DNA from: an archaeon
GTDB taxonomy: Archaea > Micrarchaeota > Micrarchaeia > Anstonellales > Bilamarchaeaceae
DNA: 39,770 nucleotides
Assembly (NCBI GenBank): GCA_020052735.1
Contig: JAGVON010000046.1
Coordinates: forward strand, 1 to 39,770
Direction of reading: 5' to 3'
Of this stretch, positions 1 through 8,659 are shown piece by piece. The notes under the pieces were generated by a model, which searched no databases, was not told where the DNA came from, and saw only the letters and a list, made by a program, of their open reading frames with translations. Position 1 is the first letter of the stretch. The number at the start of each line of letters is the position of its first letter. The position numbers and the translations under genes are program-made.

Positions 1-15
1 AACGATTTTAAACAC

Positions 16-1782
16 TTGGCGGGTAATATTGGTGTGGAAGGACTGATTAGGACTGCCAAGATAATTGACTGTACCATCCGGGACGGCGGCCACCTCAACG
101 GCTGGAATTTCAGCACGGATTTTGTGGCCAAGGTTGTTTCGGCGCTCTCAGAGACGAACATCCATTGCATAGAAGTGGGGTACGTCTCAACGCCGGGCTC
201 GTTCCCGGGCGCGGGAAAGTGGAGGTACAGCACGGAGAAGGACCTGAGGGCGGTCGTGCCCTCGGACGTGCAGTGCAAAATCGCCGTGATGGGCGACATA
301 GGCAAGATAAGGAAGGAGGACTTCCTGCCCAAGGACGAGAGCATAGTGGACGTGGTGCGGCTGGCGTTCTATCCCGGGCACGCGGAGGAGGCGGTCGGGC
401 TGGGGCACGAGCTGCTGGACATGGGATATGAAGTATATCTCAACATGATGGGGATAGTGTGCTATACGCAGCCCCAGCTGGAGGAGGCGATACGGCTGCT
501 GTTTGACTGCAGGGTGCCGAACGTAGTGGTTTCGGACAGCTTCGGGTCGCTGCTGCCTTCGCAGGTGCGGGACCTGGTGCGGCTTTTCGCGAAGGGGACC
601 GGGAAGAAAATCGGCTACCACGCGCACAACAACCTAGAGATGGCGTTCGCGAACAGCATGGCTGCGGTGGAGGCGGGCGCCTCCAGCATAGACGCGACCG
701 TATACGGGATGGGGCGGGGGGCTGGGAACCTGCCGCTGGAGGTCATGCTCGCATACTTATACCATACCGAGAACGTGCCCGTCAACCTGGTTCCGCTGCT
801 TGAGCTCATAGAGTCGGACTTCATCGGGCTGAAAAAAGAACTTGGCTGGGGGTACAACCTTCATTACATGATATCCGGGCTGCTCAAGTGCCACCCGAAT
901 TATGCATCTGCCCTGCTTGAAGAGTATAATATGGACATGACCTCGGTCTGGGCGAACCTCATGGAGGTGAGCAAGAAGAACCCGGTGAAATACGACAGGA
1001 AGGTGCTGGCGGAAATCGTGAAGGAGGGGAGGTTCATGCCTCCGGAACAACGGCTGGAGAGGACTGAGTACTCCGCGCTGGAGCCGGGCACAGTGGACAT
1101 ACGCCCCCCTTCGTACGCGGGCAGGCACAGGGGGAGGGATTTCCTCGTGCTGGGGAACGGGCCAAGCCTGAAGGAATATGCGGGCGGCATAAAGGAGTTC
1201 GCGCGCAATAATAATCTCGTGGTGCTGGGCGCAAACTACCTGCAGGGGCTGATAGAGCCGGATTACCATGCGTTCAACCACCTCGGGAGGTTCTGCAAGT
1301 ACGCGAAGTTCGTGAGCCCGAAATCACGGCTGCTGGTCGGGTCCTACATATCGGACAGGATTGTGCGGCAATACACAGGAAGGGAGTACGAAAGGCTGCC
1401 CTACATGAACACGCAGGCGAGGTTCGGGATAAAGGACGGCGTGATACAGACGAATTGCGGGACCGTCTCGCTGCTCCTCATAGGCACCGCGATGGTTATG
1501 GGCGCGAACAGGATATACGTCGCTGGCCTGGACGGGTACAAGGACGTGCATGGGGAAGCGGTGAATTTCTACCTGGAGACGCAGGAGAAGCCCACGAAAC
1601 TTGAAACGGCCTCGCTGCAGGCGATGTGCCAGGAGTACCTGGGCCAGATAAGGGACTACCAGCTGGCGAACGGGATGGAGCCGTTCAGGATAATCACGCC
1701 GACGAGCTACTCGGAGCATTATGCGGGCGGGGTTCTGGACGGAATTCAGGATGGCGGGAAGGCGCGGGAGCCGCCGCAGTAG
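16..1782 (+). CDS. Two-domain fusion: N-terminal DRE-TIM metallolyase (HMGL-like / 4-hydroxy-2-oxovalerate-aldolase type) plus C-terminal DUF115 (Maf / MptE-like) domain
   Basis: 588-aa ORF. TTG at 16; the frame is open to the window edge, and GTG at 34 is an alternative start. The N-half has 'IIDCTIRDGGH', 'GYHAHNN' and 'GMGRGAGNLPLE'. The C-half (about nt 1130-1560) has 'FLVLGNGPSL' and 'RIYVAGLDGY'. Confidence 0.7.
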   Translation: MAGNIGVEGLIRTAKIIDCTIRDGGHLNGWNFSTDFVAKVVSALSETNIHCIEVGYVSTPGSFPGAGKWRYSTEKDLRAVVPSDVQCKIAVMGDIGKIRKEDFLPKDESIVDVVRLAFYPGHAEEAVGLGHELLDMGYEVYLNMMGIVCYTQPQLEEAIRLLFDCRVPNVVVSDSFGSLLPSQVRDLVRLFAKGTGKKIGYHAHNNLEMAFANSMAAVEAGASSIDATVYGMGRGAGNLPLEVMLAYLYHTENVPVNLVPLLELIESDFIGLKKELGWGYNLHYMISGLLKCHPNYASALLEEYNMDMTSVWANLMEVSKKNPVKYDRKVLAEIVKEGRFMPPEQRLERTEYSALEPGTVDIRPPSYAGRHRGRDFLVLGNGPSLKEYAGGIKEFARNNNLVVLGANYLQGLIEPDYHAFNHLGRFCKYAKFVSPKSRLLVGSYISDRIVRQYTGREYERLPYMNTQARFGIKDGVIQTNCGTVSLLLIGTAMVMGANRIYVAGLDGYKDVHGEAVNFYLETQEKPTKLETASLQAMCQEYLGQIRDYQLANGMEPFRIITPTSYSEHYAGGVLDGIQDGGKAREPPQ

Positions 1783-1795
1783 AGGGGCGGGATGG

Positions 1796-2551
1796 ATGGC
1801 GGAGATAGAGGTAGGCGGCAAGCGCATTGGCGGCGTGGAGCTGCTCATATTTGACAAGGACGGCACCCTGATGGACCTGCACAGCTACTGGTCCGGGATG
1901 ATAAGGATGAGGGCGGAGTGCCTGGCTGAGAGGTATGTGGAGCCAGGCCGAAGGGAGGGGGCGCGGCTGGAGCTGGCGGATGCGATGGGGCTGGGCCCGG
2001 GGGAAAGGATAAAGCCCGGAGGCCCGGTGGGGATAAGGCGGCGGGATTATGTGATAGAGGTGGCGCACAAGGCGCTCATGAAATATTCTGGTTCTGCGCG
2101 GATTGAGGATGTTGCGGATGCGTTCATGCGCGTGGATGGGATGTCCGTTGGCAAAATAAAGGAGATGGCGAGGCCGCTGCCCGGGGTGCGGGGGCTGCTG
2201 CTGGACGCGAGGAAAAAGGGCGTGAAGGCGGCGGTCGCGACCGTGGACATGAAGGGGCGGGCGGAACTGGCGCTTTCGGCGATGGGGATTGGGGGCCTGA
2301 TTGATTTCGTGGCCGGCGGGGACATGGTGGAACACCCGAAGCCTGCGCCTGACCTGGTGGACCTGGTCTCCGGCAGGCTGGGCGTGGGGAAGGAAAAATG
2401 CGTGGTCGTCGGGGATTCAATCGCGGACCTGGGGATGGCGGAAAACGCGGGGTGCAGGTTCATAGGGGTGAAGACCGGCCTCTACGACGCCGGGTTCATA
2501 AAAAGATGCGAATACGTCGCAGAGGACCTGACTGGGATAAGCATCTGCTGA
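1796..2551 (+). CDS. HAD-superfamily phosphatase (phosphoglycolate-phosphatase-like)
   Basis: Motif I 'LLIFDKDGTLMD' and motif IV 'VVGDSIADLGMAENAG'. ATG at 1796 lies 13 nt after the upstream stop. The longer 1721 start would overlap gene 1. Confidence 0.75.
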   Translation: MAEIEVGGKRIGGVELLIFDKDGTLMDLHSYWSGMIRMRAECLAERYVEPGRREGARLELADAMGLGPGERIKPGGPVGIRRRDYVIEVAHKALMKYSGSARIEDVADAFMRVDGMSVGKIKEMARPLPGVRGLLLDARKKGVKAAVATVDMKGRAELALSAMGIGGLIDFVAGGDMVEHPKPAPDLVDLVSGRLGVGKEKCVVVGDSIADLGMAENAGCRFIGVKTGLYDAGFIKRCEYVAEDLTGISIC

Positions 2552-2637
2552 TTATTGGAAACCGTTGGCTGCTGAGTGCTGGATGCTGCGGGATGTATGC
2601 ATTGCACTGCAAGAATGATGCAGGATTGTGCTGCCGT

Positions 2638-4221
2638 TCAGTATTTTCTGAAGTTCGCCTTCTCGTGCATTTTCAGGGACTTCACGAGCATCTTCGGCGC
2701 GAAGAAGAGCACGCTCTCCACGAACGGGGATTTCTTCCAAACCCAATGCGAGGCCTTGGAGAGGTTGAACATTATCGGGAACTCAATGGGGCCAAGGCAC
2801 CTGCGCAGCTGCATGGAGGAAACCTTCCAGCAGAACCTGTGGATTGCCCTCTTCATCCTCCTTGAATGCTTCCAGAAGATGTCATTGGAGTAGAGGGGAA
2901 CGTACTCCCGGACGAATAACATAAAAAATGCTTTTGATACATGGAGGTCAACCGGCGAGTTCCTCTCGGGGTCCAGCCACCATTCCGTGAAGCCGTATTT
3001 CTCGTGGTAGTCCTCGTACAGCTTTGTCTTCGGGTATGGGATGAGCGTGACCGTGCAGCAGAAATACCTTATGGATTTTGGGATTTCGGCTATCTTCTCC
3101 AGGCTGTCCTCAAGGTGCTTCGGCGTCTCCCACGGGAAGCCCACGAGCTGGTTGTAGTGGATGGTGCGGATGCCAGCATTCTCAAGGGCTTCAAACCCCT
3201 CAAAAAGCTCCTTCACCGTGTGGTTTTTGTTCATCTTCAGGAGGGATTCGTCGTTGAAGCTCTCCAGCCCGAATGCGAGCCGCCTGAAGCCCGCGCCCTT
3301 CATGACCTTCAGCATCTTCACGTCAAGGCTGTCCATCCTGAGGCGGGCGGAGAAGGTGAGGTTGAGCTGGCTTTCCTTCACCAGGTTGCAGAATGCGATG
3401 ACGCGCTCCTTGTTTATGAAGGCCTCGTCGTCCTGGAATGCGAAATGCCTGGCGCCATAATCGTGGTAAAGCTTTTCCAGCTCCTGGAAGACGTTTTCCG
3501 GGCTCCTTGCGCGGTACGTCCTGCCGAAGACGTTGTGGCTGCTGCAGAATATGCAGTTGTACGGGCATCCCCTGCTTGAGAAGACCGCCCAGAAGATGGA
3601 GCTGGAATTCGGGTCGTCCACCCCGGTGTAATAAGATATGGGGAAGGCGGAGAAGTCCGGGAACGGTATCTGGTCCAGGTCGCGTATGAGGGGGCGCGGT
3701 GGCGTGTGGTGGACTGAGCCGTCCTTGTTCCTGAAGCAGATGCCTTCTATGTCCTCCAACCCTTTCTTCCCCAGGAAGTATTCGGCGAGGCCAAGGATGG
3801 TCAGCTCCCCTTCGCCTATGGCGACGATGTCTGCGCCGTGGTTAAGCACCTCCTCGGGGAGGCAGTTGGCGTGCGGCCCCCCTGCGACGAGTGGGAAGGG
3901 GAGCTTTTTCAGCCGCTTGAAGTATTCGTAGGTCTTCGCTATGTAGGTTATTGTGAGCGTGACGCCGATGAAATGCGGCCTGAACTCAAGTATCTTCCTT
4001 TTTATCTCCTTCTCGCTGAGCCGGTGGAACGGGGCGTTGGGGTCAATCACAAGGACCTTGTGGCCGGCCTTTTTCAGCGTGGCCGAGAGGTATGCGAGGT
4101 TGAGCAGCACCTCGCTGGACGGCGCGGCGGTTGGCGGGTTGAGGAGCACGACCCTGCACACGCCCGGCTTTCCCCGCGGCGGGGATGTTTTTTTCTCAGC
4201 GAGACCTTCTGCTTCCTTCAT
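2638..4221 (-). CDS. B12-binding-domain (class B) radical SAM enzyme
   Basis: 527 aa. The N-terminal Rossmann-like segment 'VVLLNPP...GHKVLVIDPN' is followed by the CX3CX2C cluster 'RGCPYNCIFCSS'. Confidence 0.8.
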   Translation of the reverse strand: MKEAEGLAEKKTSPPRGKPGVCRVVLLNPPTAAPSSEVLLNLAYLSATLKKAGHKVLVIDPNAPFHRLSEKEIKRKILEFRPHFIGVTLTITYIAKTYEYFKRLKKLPFPLVAGGPHANCLPEEVLNHGADIVAIGEGELTILGLAEYFLGKKGLEDIEGICFRNKDGSVHHTPPRPLIRDLDQIPFPDFSAFPISYYTGVDDPNSSSIFWAVFSSRGCPYNCIFCSSHNVFGRTYRARSPENVFQELEKLYHDYGARHFAFQDDEAFINKERVIAFCNLVKESQLNLTFSARLRMDSLDVKMLKVMKGAGFRRLAFGLESFNDESLLKMNKNHTVKELFEGFEALENAGIRTIHYNQLVGFPWETPKHLEDSLEKIAEIPKSIRYFCCTVTLIPYPKTKLYEDYHEKYGFTEWWLDPERNSPVDLHVSKAFFMLFVREYVPLYSNDIFWKHSRRMKRAIHRFCWKVSSMQLRRCLGPIEFPIMFNLSKASHWVWKKSPFVESVLFFAPKMLVKSLKMHEKANFRKY

Positions 4222-4390
4222 GCGACCAGCTTCTTGACGGGTTTTCCATAGCCTCTGCCCGCAGTCTTATAAACGGCGCCGGCATGGCTGCCGGGAGGGC
4301 TTTATGCAATATATAAACAGAGAACGTTTATAAAAGGTTTTTACCAACTGTATTATCCTATTCTAACCCTCAAAACAGGCGGGCGTTCGC
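4222..4390. promoter_or_regulatory. Divergent promoter region with several TATA-box-like elements
   Basis: 169-bp A/T-enriched gap between divergent genes. 'cttataaa' at 4266-4273 reads TTTATAAG on the minus strand, 45 nt from the ATG at 4221. 'aatatataaa' lies at 4308-4317. 'tttataaaa' lies at 4327-4335, about 56 nt before the ATG at 4391. Confidence 0.4.
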
Positions 4391-5377
4391 ATGGAAGATG
4401 TCTTTGAAAACAAGGTTGTATTGGTAACGGGCGGGACAGGCTCGTTCGGGCAGAAGTTCGTGGAGGTGCTGCTGAAGAGGCACAACCCCAAGGACATACG
4501 CATATACACGCGGGGCGAGCTTGAGCAGGTTGAGATGGAGCGGAAGTTCAACAGCGGCAAGCTACGCTTCCTCATCGGCGATGTGAGGGACGAGAAACGG
4601 CTGTTCAGGGCGATGAACGGCGTTGACATAGTGGTGCATGCCGCGGCGCTGAAGCACGTGCCGGTATGCGAATACAACCCGAGGGAAGCGGTGTTCACCA
4701 ATATCCTCGGGGCAAATAACATCATAGACACTGCGATAGACAACGGGGTTGAGAAGGTATTGGCGCTTAGCACGGACAAGGCGGTCCAGCCGGTAAACCT
4801 GTACGGAGCGACGAAGGCGGTCGCGGAAAAGCTGCTCGTGCAGGGGAACGTATACCGGGGATGGAGGAAAACCTCGTTTTCCTGCGTCCGCTACGGAAAT
4901 GTGCTGGGCAGCAGCGGGAGCGTGGTGCCGTTGTTCCTAAAGCAGAGGGATGCGGGCGAGATAACCATAACGGACGAGAGGATGACGAGGTTCTGGATAA
5001 CGCTGGAGCAGGGCGTGGAATTCGTCATCAACAGCATCAGGCTTATGAAGGGCGGGGAGATATTCGTGCCGAAGATACCGAGCATGAAGATAACGGACCT
5101 CGCCGAGGTAATAGCGCCGGATGCACGAAAAAAAATAGTGGGGATAAGGGCGGGCGAGAAGCTGCACGAGGTTCTGCTGACCGCGGAGGAGGCGCTGCAT
5201 ACTAGGGAATTTGACAGCTATTTCATCATAGACCCTGAGCACAAGTTCTGGGACAGGAGCAGCAATTCCGGCGGAAGGAAGCTGCCCGAGGGATTCAGCT
5301 ATTCCAGCGACAACAACAAGGATTGGCTGGACAAGGATGGATTGCTGAAAATGCTGAGGGAACAAGGGTCCTTATGA
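4391..5377 (+). CDS. pseB: UDP-N-acetylglucosamine 4,6-dehydratase (inverting), PseB/FlaA1 type
   Basis: 328 aa. 'VLVTGGTGSFG', 'DIVVHAAALKHVPVCEYNP', 'YGATK', 'VRYGNVLGSSGSVVP', 'MTRFWIT' and 'GEIFVPKIPSMKITDLA' align along the whole length with my recollection of H. pylori FlaA1/PseB. It is followed directly by pseC, pseI and pseH. Confidence 0.85.
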   Translation: MEDVFENKVVLVTGGTGSFGQKFVEVLLKRHNPKDIRIYTRGELEQVEMERKFNSGKLRFLIGDVRDEKRLFRAMNGVDIVVHAAALKHVPVCEYNPREAVFTNILGANNIIDTAIDNGVEKVLALSTDKAVQPVNLYGATKAVAEKLLVQGNVYRGWRKTSFSCVRYGNVLGSSGSVVPLFLKQRDAGEITITDERMTRFWITLEQGVEFVINSIRLMKGGEIFVPKIPSMKITDLAEVIAPDARKKIVGIRAGEKLHEVLLTAEEALHTREFDSYFIIDPEHKFWDRSSNSGGRKLPEGFSYSSDNNKDWLDKDGLLKMLREQGSL

Positions 5378-6489
5378 AAATGATGCCCTACGGAAAGCAG
5401 GCGATAGAAGAAGATGATGTCCAAGCCGTCGTTGGGGCACTCAAAAGCGATTACCTGACCACCGGGCCGAAGGTTGCGGAATTTGAGGGGGCGCTGGCCT
5501 CCTACGTGGGGGCCAAGCATGCGGTGGCGGTGAATTCCGGGACGAGCGCCCTGGACATCGCGGTGGGTGCGCTGGGGCTGCCTGTGGGCAGCGAGATAAT
5601 AACGACGCCGTTCACTTTTGTGGCTACTGCGAATTGTGCGCTTTACAACAATTGCAAGCCGGTTTTCGCGGACATAGACAAGAGGACGTACAACATTGAC
5701 CCGGAGCAGATAAGGAAGAAAGTGACCAAAAAGACGAAGGCCATAATTTATGTGGATTACGCGGGGCAGCCCTGCGACATAGCAGAGATAAGGGATATTG
5801 CGGAAGAGAAGGGTTTGTTCCTCATAGAGGATGCGTGCCATGCTCTGGGGGCGGAATATAGGGGGAAGAAGGTCGGCTCGTTCGCGGACATGACCGTGTT
5901 CAGCTTCCACCCTGTGAAGCACATAACCACGGGCGAGGGAGGTGCGGTGGCGACGGAGGATGCGGAGCTTTACGGGAAACTGAAGCTTCTGAGGAACCAC
6001 GGGATTGACAAAACCCCTGGGGAGAGGGCAGGGTACCTTTACGACATGAAGATGCTCGGCAGGAATTACAGGATTACGGACCTGCAGTGCGCGCTCGGGA
6101 TTTCACAGCTGAGGAAGATAGAAAAATTCATCGGGAGGCGGGAGGAGATTGCAAAGGAATATGGTGATGCACTGGGGAGCACCGATGGGATAACAATTCC
6201 TTATGTGAAGTCCGGCGTGAGGCATGCGTGGCACCTTTACACAATCCTGCTGGACAAAAGGATAAACCGGGACGGGTTCTTTGGGAAGATGAGGGAGAAG
6301 GGGATTGGCGTGAACGTGCATTACATACCTGCGTACAAATTCACCTACTATAAGCAGTTTGGCATCAACCCGGAGGACTTCCCGAATACTGAGGAGGTTT
6401 ATTCAAGGATAATCACGCTGCCGATGTTCCCGGGGATGGAAGGCGCGGACGTGGAAAGGGTCGTGGCCGCGGTAAAGGGATTGGTTTGA
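5374..6489 (+). CDS. pseC: DegT/DnrJ/EryC1-family PLP aminotransferase, PseC-like
   Basis: 'MPYGKQAIEEDD' N-terminus; PLP-lysine motif 'FSFHPVKHITTGEGG'. ATGA start/stop overlap with pseB at 5374-5377. Confidence 0.8.
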   Translation: MKMMPYGKQAIEEDDVQAVVGALKSDYLTTGPKVAEFEGALASYVGAKHAVAVNSGTSALDIAVGALGLPVGSEIITTPFTFVATANCALYNNCKPVFADIDKRTYNIDPEQIRKKVTKKTKAIIYVDYAGQPCDIAEIRDIAEEKGLFLIEDACHALGAEYRGKKVGSFADMTVFSFHPVKHITTGEGGAVATEDAELYGKLKLLRNHGIDKTPGERAGYLYDMKMLGRNYRITDLQCALGISQLRKIEKFIGRREEIAKEYGDALGSTDGITIPYVKSGVRHAWHLYTILLDKRINRDGFFGKMREKGIGVNVHYIPAYKFTYYKQFGINPEDFPNTEEVYSRIITLPMFPGMEGADVERVVAAVKGLV

Positions 6490-7535
6490 TGGAAACGGTG
6501 AAGATAGGGAAAAGGCGCGTTGGGCACGGGGAGCCATGCTTCTTGGTCGCCGAGATATCATGCAACCACCTGCAGAAGAAGGAATACGCGCTGAAGCTGA
6601 TTGAAGAGGCGAAGGCGGCGGGCGCGGATGCGGTCAAGTTCCAGACATACACCCCGGACACCATAACCATAGATTCTGACAATGAATATTTCAGGATAAA
6701 GGGCACAATATGGGAAGGGAGGAAACTATACGACCTCTATAAGGAGGCATACACGCCATGGGATTGGTTCCCCGAACTGAAGGACCGTGTGGAAGGCGAG
6801 GGGATGGTGTTCTTTTCAGCGCCATCGGATGAAACATCTGCCGATTTCCTTGAGAAGCTCGGGGTGCCGGCTTACAAAATCGCGTCGTTCGAGATTAACC
6901 ACATACCCCTCTTGAGATACGTAGCCAGAAAAGGAAAGCCGGTGATAATCTCGACCGGAGTGGCAACCCTGGAGGACATAGAACTGGCGCTGAAGGCCAT
7001 CCGCGCCGAGGGAAACGAGCAGATTGTGGTGATGAAGTGCACAAGTGCGTATCCCGCACCGGTTGAGGAGATGAACCTAAAGACCATACCGGACATGGAG
7101 AAGAGGTTCGGGGTTCTGGCCGGCCTTTCTGACCACAGCATGAATTCTGCTGTGCCTGTTGCCGCAGTTGCGCTTGGTGCATGCATGATTGAGAAGCATC
7201 TCATCCTGGACAGGAAGATGGGCGGCCCGGATGCGAAATTCTCGCTCGAGCCGGATGAGTTCAAAAAAATGGTTGGGATGATCCGAGACACTGAAGCCGC
7301 TCTTGGGGAGGCAACCTACGAGAGCACTGAACAAGCGGGCAAGCACAGGTTTATCATGAGGTCCATATTTGCGGTGGAAGATATAAAGAAAGGGGAAAAA
7401 CTCACCAGAGAGAACATCCGGGTGATACGGCCTGGGCATGGCCTGCACCCGAAGCATTATGAAGAGCTTCTGGGAAAAACCGCCAAGGTGGAGATAAGGA
7501 GGGGAACGCCCCTGGAATTCAGGATGGTGGGATAG
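6489..7535 (+). CDS. pseI: NeuB-family nonulosonate synthase (pseudaminic acid synthase-like) with C-terminal SAF domain
   Basis: 'GEPCFLVAEISCNH', 'AGADAVKFQTY', 'AYKIASFEI' and 'GLSDHS', with a C-terminal SAF-like 'IRVIRPGHGLHP'. ATG at 6489 shares one nt with the pseC TGA; the tracked TTG at 6486 is less likely. Confidence 0.8.
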   Translation: METVKIGKRRVGHGEPCFLVAEISCNHLQKKEYALKLIEEAKAAGADAVKFQTYTPDTITIDSDNEYFRIKGTIWEGRKLYDLYKEAYTPWDWFPELKDRVEGEGMVFFSAPSDETSADFLEKLGVPAYKIASFEINHIPLLRYVARKGKPVIISTGVATLEDIELALKAIRAEGNEQIVVMKCTSAYPAPVEEMNLKTIPDMEKRFGVLAGLSDHSMNSAVPVAAVALGACMIEKHLILDRKMGGPDAKFSLEPDEFKKMVGMIRDTEAALGEATYESTEQAGKHRFIMRSIFAVEDIKKGEKLTRENIRVIRPGHGLHPKHYEELLGKTAKVEIRRGTPLEFRMVG

Positions 7536-7970
7536 ATGGACGTTTCGCTGCGGCCAGTTAAGAAGAAAGATATAGAAACCATTTATTCATGGAGAAACCG
7601 CCCTGAGATAAGGGAAATGATGTTTGATAGCCGGCCGATAAGCTTGGAAGATCACCGGGCATTCTGGAAAAAGGTGCTGGACGACAAAACCGCCATGTCC
7701 TTCATAATAACATACGGGAAAGAGCCCGTTGGGGTGGTCCGGCTGGAGAAGAACGGAAATCTGTATGAAGTTGACATTTTCCTGGATCCTTCGGCACAAG
7801 GGAAAGGGATAGGGTCTGAAGCCCTGCGGTTGGCAGTCGAGGCGGCAAAGGGGATGGGGATAAGAAAGCTGGTCGCGAAGATAAAGAAGGGGAACGCGGC
7901 ATCCCATAAGGCATTTCTAAAGAATAATTTCAAGGAGAGATATTTGTATTACGAGCGTGATGTATTATGA
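7536..7970 (+). CDS. pseH: GNAT N-acetyltransferase, PseH-like
   Basis: 144 aa. 'LRPVKKKDIETIYSWRNRPEIREMMF' is a PseH-type N-terminus. It also has the acetyl-CoA loop 'QGKGIGSEAL'. The gene abuts the pseI stop. Confidence 0.65.
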   Translation: MDVSLRPVKKKDIETIYSWRNRPEIREMMFDSRPISLEDHRAFWKKVLDDKTAMSFIITYGKEPVGVVRLEKNGNLYEVDIFLDPSAQGKGIGSEALRLAVEAAKGMGIRKLVAKIKKGNAASHKAFLKNNFKERYLYYERDVL

Positions 7971-8659
7971 AAAAAATAGTAGTGATTGCTGCGCATCCGG
8001 ATGACGAGACGCTTGGCGCGGGCGGGGCCATGGCAAAGCATGTGGCGTCCGGGGATTCGGTTTCTGTGCTGATTCTCGGGGAGGGCATAGCATCCAGGAA
8101 GCAACATGGCGAAGATTATGCAAAAGAAAAGGATCTGCTCAGGAGGGACTCCAGAAGCGCGCTGGCTGATCTCGGGGTAAAGGATGTCATTTTTTTGGAT
8201 TTCCCAGACAATTCATTCGACACCGTCCCGCTACTCGAACTGACCAGATCGGTTGAGAAATTCGTCTCGGAGAAGGGGCCGGAGGTGGTCTATACACACC
8301 ACTGGGGGGACCTGAACGTGGACCACAGGAGAACTTTTGAAGCCGTGCTTACCGCTTGCAGGCCGCCTTCGGGCGTGAAGCGGCTGCTCTCTTTTGAGGT
8401 GCCCTCGTCTACCGAGTGGCAGGCGCAGACGCCAGCTAATGCGTTCATGCCAAACTTATTTGTAGATATAAGCGGAAGCATTGAGAAGAAAATGAAGGCG
8501 CTGGAGGCGTACGGTGGGGAGATGAGGGAATACCCGCACCCGAGGTCTCCGGAGGGCGTCAGGGCGCTGGCGATGTACCGCGGTTCGCAGGCATTCCTGG
8601 AGCATGCGGAGGCTTTCGAGATAATAAGGCATATTGAGAGGGACAAGGTAATCGGATGA
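7967..8659 (+). CDS. PIG-L / LmbE-family N-acetyl-sugar deacetylase
   Basis: 'VIAAHPDDETLGAGG' and 'HHWGDLNVDH' zinc-site motifs. ATGA overlap with pseH. Confidence 0.8.
   Translation: MKKIVVIAAHPDDETLGAGGAMAKHVASGDSVSVLILGEGIASRKQHGEDYAKEKDLLRRDSRSALADLGVKDVIFLDFPDNSFDTVPLLELTRSVEKFVSEKGPEVVYTHHWGDLNVDHRRTFEAVLTACRPPSGVKRLLSFEVPSSTEWQAQTPANAFMPNLFVDISGSIEKKMKALEAYGGEMREYPHPRSPEGVRALAMYRGSQAFLEHAEAFEIIRHIERDKVIG

Noticed and set aside
2568-2588. Three consecutive heptamers NNTGCTG (gctgctg / agtgctg / gatgctg) and a weak ctgca-N7-tgcag hairpin (2607-2623) in the convergent gap 2552-2637
   Set aside because: The repeat is very short and the stem is only 5 bp with no T-tract. This is not enough to call a repeat or a terminator.
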